Source of the DNA: Phoronis australis
Lineage: Eukaryota; Animalia; Phoronida
Length of the DNA: 63,996 nucleotides
NCBI GenBank assembly: GCA_002633005.1
Contig: NMRA01000078.1
Location: forward strand, 186,005-250,000
Reading direction: 5' to 3'
Translations under genes and position numbers: made by a program
Shown here: piece after piece, positions 1-12,100 of the stretch
Position numbering within the stretch: the stretch's first letter is position 1
Layout: every line of letters starts with the position of its first letter
Notes under the pieces: model-generated
Databases searched by the model: none
The model's input: the letters and a program-made list of their open reading frames with translations, nothing else
Told to the model about the DNA's origin: nothing

Positions 1-178
1 TACCTCACAGTTGTCTGTGCATGACCCAGCTTACCTCACAGTTGTCTATGCATGACCCAGCATACCTCACAGTTGTCTGTGCATGACCCACCTTACCTCT
101 CAGTTGTCTGTGTGTGACCCACCTTACCTCACAGTTGTCTGTGCGTGACCCAGCTTACCTCACAGTTGTCTGTCTGTG
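1..178 (-). repeat. 31-bp minisatellite copying the ATG7 exon 3' end and splice donor
   Basis: Minus-strand unit CACAGACAACTGTGAG|GTAAGCTGGGTCATG. At least 5 copies after the true donor at 158; the array runs off the window edge. Confidence 0.95.
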
Positions 179-3100
179 CGTGAAGCTCGTCTAACCCTGT
201 TAACTCTTCCAAGTACCGCGGTTCATTAAACACTTTCATCAGAAATTCGAATCCTTCTTTTGCATAATGATCGAGAACCTGTGAAAAACAACGTTGTTCA
301 TTGACACGACTTCACTACACTTGAAACGGGACTGCCTCAAATGGCAATAGAATAGTAGTTTGTGGCATCTGACTGCAGAGGGCAGTACACAATATACAAA
401 TCACCAAGTCACTGAAGTGTTGTTCCCTTGTATCAATAGATGGCGTTAGCTATCAGTACTGTGTCTGTTGGTCTCGGAACTATTAACAGAGCTTGCAGTG
501 ACCCATGACAAAAAAAGAGGAACATTTTTACTGCCAAAAATACACATTGCAATCTAAACAACCATACCTCAACAAATAGAAAGTAAACTATTTACCACAA
601 GATGCCCTGTAACTGTGTCGTGTTTGCAAAACACACTCATTTTAAGCAGTACCTGACATCTACTTCAGCAATAATAATGAAGGCAATTAGATGCAACAAA
701 AGATATTTTTTAAAAATTGAAATAATAAAGATAATGATGCAAAATTTGCAGTGTGAGTGACAAGGTTATTCTTGATGTGCTGCAGGGAACCTATAAAATT
801 ATTTTCCTTATTTTAAGTTCTTATAATTACGATACAAAATAATAAAAAAAATTTGAAAATTGACCCAGAGATTATCTGGAAAGCCTGAAATATGTAAACA
901 TTTAATTTCAACAAAAAAAAATTAATTCTAACGTAATGGAAAAAGTCAAGACGAAAACCTGTGGCTCATATGGAAAAAATGAAAGTAAAAACATAATTTA
1001 AACTATAGAATACATCAATCACACTCTTAAGTTGGCCAAACTTCAGCTTGAAACAGCACTTACAGGAGATAATTGTTCATAAGCCACGCTGGTGTAGAAC
1101 AAACTATGTGACATAAGAAACAACTACAAGGACACTCAAAATAGGCTAGCGGAATTTATAAACAATGGCTTAGACCAATCAGATCATTCAGGACCTGCCA
1201 CGTGACCACTTCTCTCTCGAACTGCAAAACTCGAGTCGGTCAAAACTAGACATTTTAACAAAAATAAAATATGAAAAATGTCAAAATATATTGGAATACA
1301 TCAACGGCAATTTAAAACACAATTGCAGTAACGAAAATAGCACTTTGTAATTCTGTTTCGGCAGCACGTAGTAAATCGGACTCGGCCTCAAGCTTAGCAT
1401 CCAACTTGGCAACTGCCGGCACGGGCTTAAACGTGGGAACAAACAAAAGAATTTCATACATCACTCACATCCCATGATTCCAATCCAACGAATTACCAGT
1501 TACGGTTGAATTTCCCATCAGAATGCGTTTTTCTTTCTTGTGTTTCGTCGTTTTCAGGTGGTCCTCCGCGATTCATCCACGCACGCGGTAATTGTCCCTC
1601 TGTCAACGTTTACAGAGCGCAAACCCAGACTTTTGTTGTTTGTGAACACACTGACCGTTTCTTTTATTCACCTTTTCCATGAAATATTCTGTCCATTCCA
1701 CACTCCATGCATTTTTGGCCGCAGAATCACACTACTTGTCACAGTGATCAATACCGTATGCAGACGCCATTGATGAACCACGCTATCCCAGGTGCCCCGG
1801 CAATTACGATTTGCGTTCCTCCACAACATAGAGCAGTTTCTGCTTTTCGAGTCGTCGGCCGGTTAGAAACCAATTTCCCGCGGAAATTTTATGGCAAATC
1901 CGATTTTTTTTCGCGGAAATATAACAAAAATGCGCAGAAAGAATTTTAAGAGAAAAAATCGGAAATCCGCGTTTCCGCAGAAAATTCCAAGCCTGGTATT
2001 AATAAACGTGTTCTTGGAAGACATCAAGATCATATATATATGAATACTTACAAATAAACACACTAATAAACTATATTACACCTTCAGCCTCAAACAGGCG
2101 TCCCAACAATGCTGTGAAAGCCTGTCCACCACTAGAAGCTAGTCATCAGTGAGACTTACTGTCTGAGAACAGGCTGTACACTTGTCAAATCTACGACAGG
2201 CTGGCAACACTTGGTGATAACGTGATAAGAATCCACGGATCTGATGTGGAACAAGCCCTAGTTCTGATGTGAAGTCCATTGTGAGGTGGTCATCATGAGC
2301 ACTTGTCTCAGCCGCAGCAAATGGCCTGGAACAAACGCGCAGAAAAGAATAATTATGAACATTATTTTGTAAGTCTGAAGAGATTTATTTCATCCTGTAT
2401 ACCTTAACTAAACTCCTGTCAGAATGATGTAGAACATACCTACATGTCAGGATGCTGTAGTACATATGGTTGCAGTGATAACTATAATTATATTTACCTA
2501 CCGATCAGTATGCTGTAGTATAAACAACAGTAACTACCCACCAACCTGTCAGCATGCTGTAGTATATACAGCGATAACTATCAACCTACCCATCAGGATG
2601 CTGTAGTACAGACACCAGCAATTCTACAGCCAGTGCACTCGTCAACATAGACATTCCTGGACGGGACACTGTGCATTGCTGGTCAAGTGTTCGGTCACGA
2701 GTGGACTGCAAACAGAAACGGACAGGTGCCCTGAATTATTAACTTGTTTAGGGCTACCGCAATCTGAGAGGCACTAGCTGAGCTGTCTGCCTCAAGTCAA
2801 TGATAGCTAAGTTGACAGGTCACATCATGGTGACAACAACTGATGCAACAGTTTGATGCATTTGTTCCAAGACTTAACATACAAACCCCCAAATATACAG
2901 GCACAATTTCGTGCAAGTTTTTGAAAACCCCTTAAAACCCTTTGAGTTAGAATTGCTTGAAGAAAACAATGAACTTGCGCAGAATTCATGTCAAGTGTAA
3001 TCCACTGTTCAAATCATCACCCTTACATCGCCTGGGGCCACCACATCATTGCAGAAGTAACACCCCAGTTGGCTACCAGGTATAGCAGCAGACATGCATG

Positions 3101-6100
3101 AGTCATCAGTGTCCATAGAAGAGTCACTGCGTCTCACTCCATGACGGACTACAAGGAAGGTGTCGAAACCCAAGGCAGCATTGAAAACAATCTGTAATAC
3201 AAAGAAAACATTACGTTTGATATACGCGGCAGAAATAGGTTACACAACCAGTAGTCAAACAGTTAGAAATATGAAAATTACAATCATTATGTAAGTCACA
3301 TTCTTTCAAAAATGGCAATAAGTTACAATCGTTCTCAAATCAGCTTAAACAATAATTTTTGTCCATTCACAAGGAATGACAAATTTATTTTCATCTTTTG
3401 AAAAAAATACTAATATGAAAACAGAATAAAACTAATGACATCTATTATCAAGATCAACAACTTGACTGTCTATTTTTTGTTTTAACTGATACCAAAAATG
3501 AAAGTCATACCTGACACATTAGTTTATAACGTCTAAATCACACATCGGGCGATACTCGGCCTAGCCACCAAATGAGTTATATCCCAATGGTCAAGGATTA
3601 TAAGGTGATAATTTATGCAAATGGGAGTAACGGTCACATTTGCAAAACCAATACTAACTCCAAAGAGCCAATCAGCACTAGACAAATCAGCCAATCAGCA
3701 CTAGACAAATCAGCCAATCAGCACTAGACAAATCAGCCAATCAGCACTAGACAAATCAGCCAATCAGCACTAGACAAATCAGCCAATCAGCACTAGACAA
3801 ATCAGCTGAGCATCTTCCAGATGTCGGGCAATGGCATTGACGTTGGCCAACATTTGAAAGTGGACACTGAATTTGCATATTATCAAATGATTGCTTATGA
3901 ACGTTAAATGACATTTCCCAATGATTTGCCATGTCTGTGACTGAGAAATCATATGGGCACTGATTGCTGAATTTGACGCCATCACCTGTCCTATAATCAC
4001 CCAATCACTACCTCATGTGACCATTTTTATCCTGGGAACTCATTGGATCAGGAGTGAATCAGGCATCATGTTTCACTAATTCACTAATTTGGACTAATGG
4101 CAAAAAGATTAGTATACCTTTTTCTTTGAGGCTCCCAACATGGTAGGTAACCACCGGCTCTCCCTGGTGTCCATTAAGAGAAACACAACATCATGGTTGT
4201 CTATCAACTCACTCAACTGGTTTACTTCACTGAGAGTTTGTTCAGCAGCATCTTCTGTGAAGAAGGTAGTTATAAATGTTACAGCCGCCATCTTTGAAAA
4301 CCATTGGTTCATGTTTTGGGGTGGAACCAATAATTCTTGTTTATGTTTTTTAATACAACAAACTAGCATTTCTATTTACATATTAATCATGATACAATCA
4401 TCAACTGAAGAGAGTCCACTGAAGTTAGAAATTTTGACTTGTAACACTGAAACCTGTGTAAGACGGTTCATAATTGGCAAAATACCCAACTTGAATTTGA
4501 AGACAGTCTTATGCTAGCTACAAGTAAAAGTGTCAGTAAAAAAATTTTGTGATGAAGATGAATTTGATGAAAGAATGTGGCAAAAGACGTCACTATTTCC
4601 TGTAATTAAAAGTTCACCACACTATACATATGACCGAGATAGAATATTCTAGTCTAAGTCTTACCTGTTATTGGATGTCCAGGCATAGGAATGTTTAGTG
4701 CGACTCCCTGAGAGTTCTACAAGCACAATAAACTATTAAAATATTTTTAAAAGTTCTGAGATCACAGCCTGTGTTGACCAGCAGTGCTTCATGTAAACTC
4801 TCTTTCACAATATCAGTAAGATGCCATACACCACCATCTTTGACAACTATTATTTTCGTTCATGATGTAGAGTAAATTAAACCTTTTGTTTTGTTGAACA
4901 AGGATGGCGAGTTAGCAACCAATACATGATAATACAGCAAACCAAATGAACATTCATCTATTGCTTCAAAAGCCTGATTCATCGCCCATTAAGGTATTCT
5001 TTCATTCAATGACTTCACCAGCCTTATGCCTGTTGAAGGTATGATAACATCGTGCTCCAGTTTGTTAGCTGCCCAGCACAGTCTTTTGTCTGGTATGAAA
5101 ACTTTCCAGCCAATTATCTACCACCATTCAAAGACTTGCTGAAACTATAATATGAGTTTGGACAGAATAGATTTTCTTAACTTTGGTTGTAGTTGGGTGA
5201 TTTTGGTAAATCAGAAAAACTAAAAATGATCAGCATTTGATGAGAAAATCTGAATTTATTGTTATCAAAATGTAGTCATGCGTTCAAGCTTGAAGCCATT
5301 TCTGTAAACCCACCTTTTCTCTGATTGAAATAATGCTGTGATCTATTCCATAATTGTCAAAAATGGCCAACTGTTGTAATTAATCAAAGTGCCACATAAC
5401 GTCCTGTCAAAACATGTATTAAATGGCTCTTCCTGTTAAATACACACATGTAAGCGACCTCTAGTGTTCTGAAGGAGTGTCCCTTGCGGTACATACTACG
5501 TACTCTATACAGTGAGCGCCCTCACTTGAATAATGTACTCACAACACCAGGGAAGATCTTCTTAAGAGCTTCTGCGGCTGCCTCCGCTTTGGACCTCCCT
5601 CCGTTTAGACAGTCTTCAAACACAAACAACGATTGGCGAACGGGGTTGGAGTACGATATCTTACTGTTGTCTGCAAATGTAATAGTCCTGACACCCCAAC
5701 CCTGCGTGGTGAAAGAGCAACCAAAATAAATCAGGCGTCCATTTCATGAAAGTGAATTAGAGCTTAAGACAGAAATTTGGTCATATGTTCCCACTTCACA
5801 GTAAATGCAGAATGAAGGTTTAGCCAGGTAACGCATCGCAGTCTAAAATAATGGATGGAAATTATCTCTAGTCAGTAACTATCAGTTATGTGAAGACCGC
5901 ATCACAGTCTAAATTATCTCTAGTCAGTAACTATCAGTTATGTGAAGACCGCATCACAGTCTAAAATATTTCATGCAAATTATCTTAGTAACTATCAGTT
6001 ATGTGAAACAATATCCTCCAATCAACTTCACAATTTTGCTCTGTGAGATTTAATTATTTTTTGGAAATTGTTGTACTACCTAATTTCGGTCTTTTAAAAG

Positions 6101-9100
6101 TCCCTTTTCATGAAATGGACACTAGGTCATGTGATAACTAAGTGGCTGAATTACAACAGGCAAGATCATTCTAGACAGTGTAATTTCAGCTCTAGAAAGC
6201 ACTGTATATCTTTCTGCCATTGATTTCAGGAACATGAATGTTATTTTGTTTCTCACTGATATCAACACAACTTATCATGAAGAAAAAGTGTTCAAGACAT
6301 AATAAAAAAATGAAGAAAAAATCTGCTGAGAGTTCGATGAACAATATCTGGTGATGACCCAGAACAGGCAGGTTGACACATTGAACTTGTAAATCTCAAG
6401 TTAAGGTTTTAGCAGAAAAATACCTATCTGAATGTTCGCATGTTTGTCTGAGACAAAAATAGTGCAATTATTTGAAGTACAGGGGATGCATTCATTCAGG
6501 GCTCCGCTATTCAAAATTTGTAGGGGAAATAAAAGAGTTAATATCTTCTCAGTCAGGATTATAAACCCTTGGTTAAGCTGTGATTAGTTACACACTGGAA
6601 CAGTGATATGACTACGACCAGAGTTCACAAAGAACTGCTTTCGCTGACCTGGTCTATCAATTTCAAAAGCCCTATTGTGTGTAACAACACCCATGATTTA
6701 CCAGTGTTTAACAACTGCCAAGTCACTAGTGACCTACCAACAGACACCTGGCTATGTTGCAGCCAAGAGTTCCAGCACCCAATAGGAGGCACTTCGTTTT
6801 TGCGATCTTATCTAGGTCAAGGTCAGGTAGTAGCCTCCATCTCATCAGCTTCAAGTTGAGATCAACAGAGGACTCTGCCAGTCTAAATGAGAAAAACAAA
6901 ACTGGTGGACACATGCTGGTTCATTGTTTCAAGTCAAACTAACTCAATGTCAATAATACAAATTTTTACTTAAGTCACAAAATTTACAAGCAAGCACTCT
7001 TAAGTTCGTAAAATGTAGATCTGCACCACGATACCACACTTATACATCCCAAGTGAGAACAACAAATTGAGCAGACGTCACGCATGACAGCTGAATAGTG
7101 CTGTGGCATTTTGTTTCATATATCCTTGTAAGAAATGAACATCCAGTGTTGATAATCAAAAATATCATCAATATGTCAAAAAATTAACCAAATGAAATAA
7201 ATTTTTCACAAGATAAGAATTCCCCGTCACTCTAATTACCTGGCAGGATCCATGGAAGAGCTGAGATTGACAAAGCGTGACCCCATTTTACCTTTAGCGT
7301 TCCTCTCCCAGCCAACGCAAGATGGACATTCTGAAGAAAACATTATAAATCTGAAGTATTTTTTTAAATTGATGCACCATATTAGCAAGAATTTCATCGT
7401 GACAGTAGCAAAGTACGATTGATAAACACAACACTCCACTCACCAGGGTAACTGAGCACAGAATTAAATTTCCAGGCTTATTAAACCTGTGCAGCATTAT
7501 TCTAGCAAAGTACAAAATCCGAATAACATTCTTAAAACATCAAGACACCATCAACTCTGTGCTCAGATATTTATCATCACTCAAAATGAAATTTATGGTC
7601 AACACTCTTATGACTTCTCCCTGTTTCTTACCAGTAGCAACGATGGCATGTGAACAGCAACAATTGATAAAAGATCAATGGTCTCATAAATCACATGTCT
7701 CTCATTTATGACATGCAAACAGTCTCTTACTAGGACCATCGCTTAGTTACGCATGTAAACAGTGTCTTAAACAGGAACATCAATTATTTATGGCATGTGA
7801 ACACTCTCTTACCAGTGACATTTTTCAATGTAGGCATGTGAACAGTCAACACAATACTGTGTGAACAGTCACGTACGCCATCTTTCACTCTTTCCCGAAA
7901 ACATATCACTTCCGTTTTACTAGGTAGATGATCTGACCTAAAATAAAACTTGACCAATTCAAATAAAGAAATTGCTTCACACACTCCATTTGTAAAATTA
8001 CTCCCTGAATTATATGGCAAGAAACAGTGATGTAATGTTGAAGCCAAGAACATTGATCTCTCCTTAATAAACTTATTAATAGTTCCAAAAGAATTATTAG
8101 AATCATGCATCACAGACAGCCCACTGTATATTCATGTTCCTTGGACTCAGATGACCGAGGTGTAATTCTGTTCACGGGAGCATCAAGGAAAATTCTTAAG
8201 AGGTAAATTTCACAATGTGACAAGAAGTAGGATTACACTCACCAGTGATAGGCTGCCAATGCTGTTAGGTTCCTAAGAGGCCAGCCAGGGTTACCTTCCA
8301 ACGTGCAAGGATCACAAAAACACAGCACAATCTGGAATAATCCACAGCCAAGTAATTTTCATTATCTCCAAACACATATGGGGCGTATAAAGAACGTACT
8401 ATAACGCCGATAAATGATCCACACAACAGTAATGAGCGACTCCAAATTCCCCCCGAGATGGCGCTACAGGTATCACAGCACAACATGTGAATGTGTTTGT
8501 TCAAACAGTCAACTGGGACATTTAACCCACAGATATCAATTTATTCAAGCTTAAAAAAGGGCTCTTAACTCATTTGCAACATCTAATGAATATAAAGTCG
8601 CCTAAGATTGTAATTATGGAGTTACCCATCAGGTCACTCAAAATTGCCAGACAATCTCAAAGTCAAACAAATTCAGTTTGCAGTGGAGGATTTTGTTGTA
8701 GAAGCAAGAAACTCTATATGGTTCATTAGGCAATTATACAAAATAAGGAAGGGTTAGATTTGTCAAGTTTTAAGGGCTGTATGGACCTTATCAATTGTTT
8801 TGAATGGACACCAGGAGGTACTAAGAATAAGCACATTCGAGGAGAAAAATTCACACAATTTTTCACCCAAATAAAAAAGACAAGAGGAACCTTTGAATCA
8901 AGTTATTTGTAATTGGTTTTTTGGCTTGATAGACGAACAGACGTGCCATAAAAAACTCCAGGGTAAAAAGTTTGCAACCACTATTGTTCAGTAAAAGCAA
9001 AAGTATTGCGAACGAGCACTACATAAAATTATAAATTATGCTTTAAAATGACGAAGTGCACCTTTAGCTATAAAATGTCCCTCAGTTATTATATAATTGT

Positions 9101-12100
9101 GTTATTTGATGTTCAACAAATCTTTGGGAGTAGGGCCGTCCCGGACTACACAACAAGACTTGAATCTCGCTGCACTTACCCACAATGCCATAAACATTCA
9201 TCAGGCACATTTGCTGCCACTGGAGTTTCACATGTTAGTTGTAGTTACAGTACGAAATGGTGCTACTTGCAATCTATTTGCTAACTGATAAGATCATCAT
9301 GCCATAAACTGTGTGCGGTGGTGTAAACAAAATGACAACTAATCCAGACTCAAAGGAAGATTTATCACTACATCAAAATACATTCAAACACTACAACTGT
9401 ACAGCACAAGTCAAACAACTCCATCTCACCTTGCCCAACTTAACTAATTCATCAAATTGGTCTAATCGACCAATAAGGAGTGGTCCATCTCTCTCCACCA
9501 ATAGGAAGAAGCCAAGTTGTTCATTTACTATGATGTCATCAAATCCTTGTTGAAGCTGATCAATCTATAAAATTAATCATAAAATACAATAACATTAGTT
9601 ACAAATTAAGCATCAAGACACGTCACATTCCTCCACCAGGTGGCACAAGGCTCAGATGCTGCACAGGGAAACAAACTACATTAATTATTTTAATGTTTAT
9701 TGAAACCAGACCAAAAAGCAGAAATGATTGGTGACAACGATGGTGTGGTTTTCAATTGCTCCAAAAGATCCACCTTAGATGACAAAAAATGATGCTGGGT
9801 TTGTTTTTTTCTTTTACTCAAACCTGGCTTACCCTTGTTTATGTGCCTTTGTGCAGCTTTTCAAAAAACACACAAAACCTTGGATGATATCGATGCGGGT
9901 GAACAATACTTGGTGAGTGCAGGGCTCAAAACAAGTCTAGATAAAGATCAAAACTGAGATCTGATTCTGATGCAGATCATAAAACTAACTGACAACTTGC
10001 AAAAAACACAAAAACACTATAATTATAGTCTCTATTACAACAAAACCAATGCGCTGGGTTGCACAAAACTTATCCATTGAATAAATCTAACTATTACATG
10101 ATGTCAAACACGTTACTGAACAATTTAAACAAGCAGTGTCTATTGTAACCCAGCGTATAAATTTCATCCATCTGTGCCCTGAAAGTTAATATCAGAACTT
10201 AAACGAAAAACGGAACTTGTACTTCTATTAAGAAGATATGTCTCCAACAAAATACCTGTTGTTTTGTGAATCTGTCGCAGAGGTGTATGTGCGGCCCAGT
10301 CAATGTGACCGGATCAGGGGGACACAATGCAGGGAATGTGAACCAGTAATAGTAGTGGTATTTCTTTAAATCCTGAAACAGTACAATGACGCCTAAGAAC
10401 CAAGTCAAGAAGCGACTCATGAACTGAAATTAATGCAAAATGTGATCCTCAAATCATAAATCGCTGCTGGCATTTTAGCTGTATTTAGATGACCTGGGCC
10501 ACCATTTGCATCAGACAATAACAAACACCACAGGAAACAAAAGTCAGTTTTATCACTAACATCCATCTTTGTCCACCATGTTCAAACTTAAGATATAATT
10601 CCTCTGTTACAATATACATCAAGTAATTGGACAAAACACCATACCTCCGTCATGAGATACTTCTCCTCAAAAGTAATTTCTCGGGTGTTTTTATATTTTT
10701 ATTTAACTCCGGACATGGCGAACGGCTGCCACGATGGTGAACTCTGCTTGTAATCATATGTGATGATGCATAATTTTGGGTCATTTTGATCAAGTACTTT
10801 TGGTGTGCTGTACCAGAAAAACTAAAAAAGAGTGTTTGACCATCACTAAATTTGTGCTTGTCTCCATTTTGAACGACAAAGAATGGTTGACCGTCACTAA
10901 ATTTGCACTTGTCTCCATTTTGAACAAAGAATGATTGACCATCAATAAATTTGCATTTGTCTCCATTTAGAACGACAAAGAATGGATGACCGTCACTATA
11001 TTTGCACTTATCTCCGTTTTGAACAACAAAGAATGGTTGACTTTCGAAATAGCCGTGCCATATTAAAATTCCCGCCTTTGGTGGACAAGCGTTCAGCGCC
11101 ATCTACAGATCCCACGTAATGTGGACTGGAGGTTTCAACCTACAACATTTTAACATCTTTTTTGATAAAAAATGCCGGCAAATTTCCACTGCTGCATAGT
11201 GGGATATACTAATGCCTTGCAAAAAAGACAAACCTTTTGAAATACTAATGGATAGACAAGGATATCATTTTCCATACACTTCTCGCTGCGAAGAAGAATC
11301 CGCGACAAAACACACTGGTTGTGGCTGATAAAGCAGCTGAATTTTGATCCTAGCTGTTGTCGAAAAAGCTAAATTTAGTTTAAAGAAATTATGGAAAAAG
11401 TGCAAGAGTGATCTAATCGACTCATTCATTAGTACTTACAGCATAAGTGAGTAATAGAAATCTACAGAGGAGTGAAGGGTCCTTTAAAGCACGTCCGCTT
11501 GTTATATCATTCCATATCTGCAACAGATGATGTAACATTGCATCAGAAAGAGCAGAGAGGTCAGAGAAACAGGAAATGCACAGTGAATTGTTTTTTAAAA
11601 CACATCGACTGTTTTTGACCAATTTAGATAACAGACAGCGCTTGACGAAGCCAAAAATGTCCGAAGTGGCAACCACAAAAATCGAAAGAAAATGCCTAAT
11701 GTTTGCTGGGCGCCCGTAGAAGTGAGGTAAATGTTTTATTTGTATTAGTCGCGGTATTAAAATATAACATAGCCGTTAATATGATAATCCTCGTTTAAAG
11801 ACCAATTCAAATAGAGAACAAAAATTTTCAAATGCTGGTGTCAGTCTGATATATTGGTAATCATTCTTGGCAGTCCTTGTCCAGCCTTAGATGCATTATG
11901 AACTCACTTCAAAGAGTTGTGACTGAAGCTAATCTTCTCCACACAAAGGAAACTTAGATCAGTGTTGGTGACATTGCCCTCTCCCCTGTGAAATTGTCAT
12001 TAGATAAACTTGCTACATCTCCATGTCTATTTTTGAAACACCCTGTACTTCTTAAAATTGTAAAAGATGTCCAACAGACTGTAGAGCACCATCATTCTAT

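Noticed and set aside
1850-1995. hAT-like transposon end with repeated CGGAAA/TTTCCG motifs
   Set aside because: Only one terminus found; no partner TIR or TSD.
10650-11102. 150-aa repetitive ORF
   Set aside because: Produced by a 51-bp intronic minisatellite; the ATG7 exon chain is complete without it.
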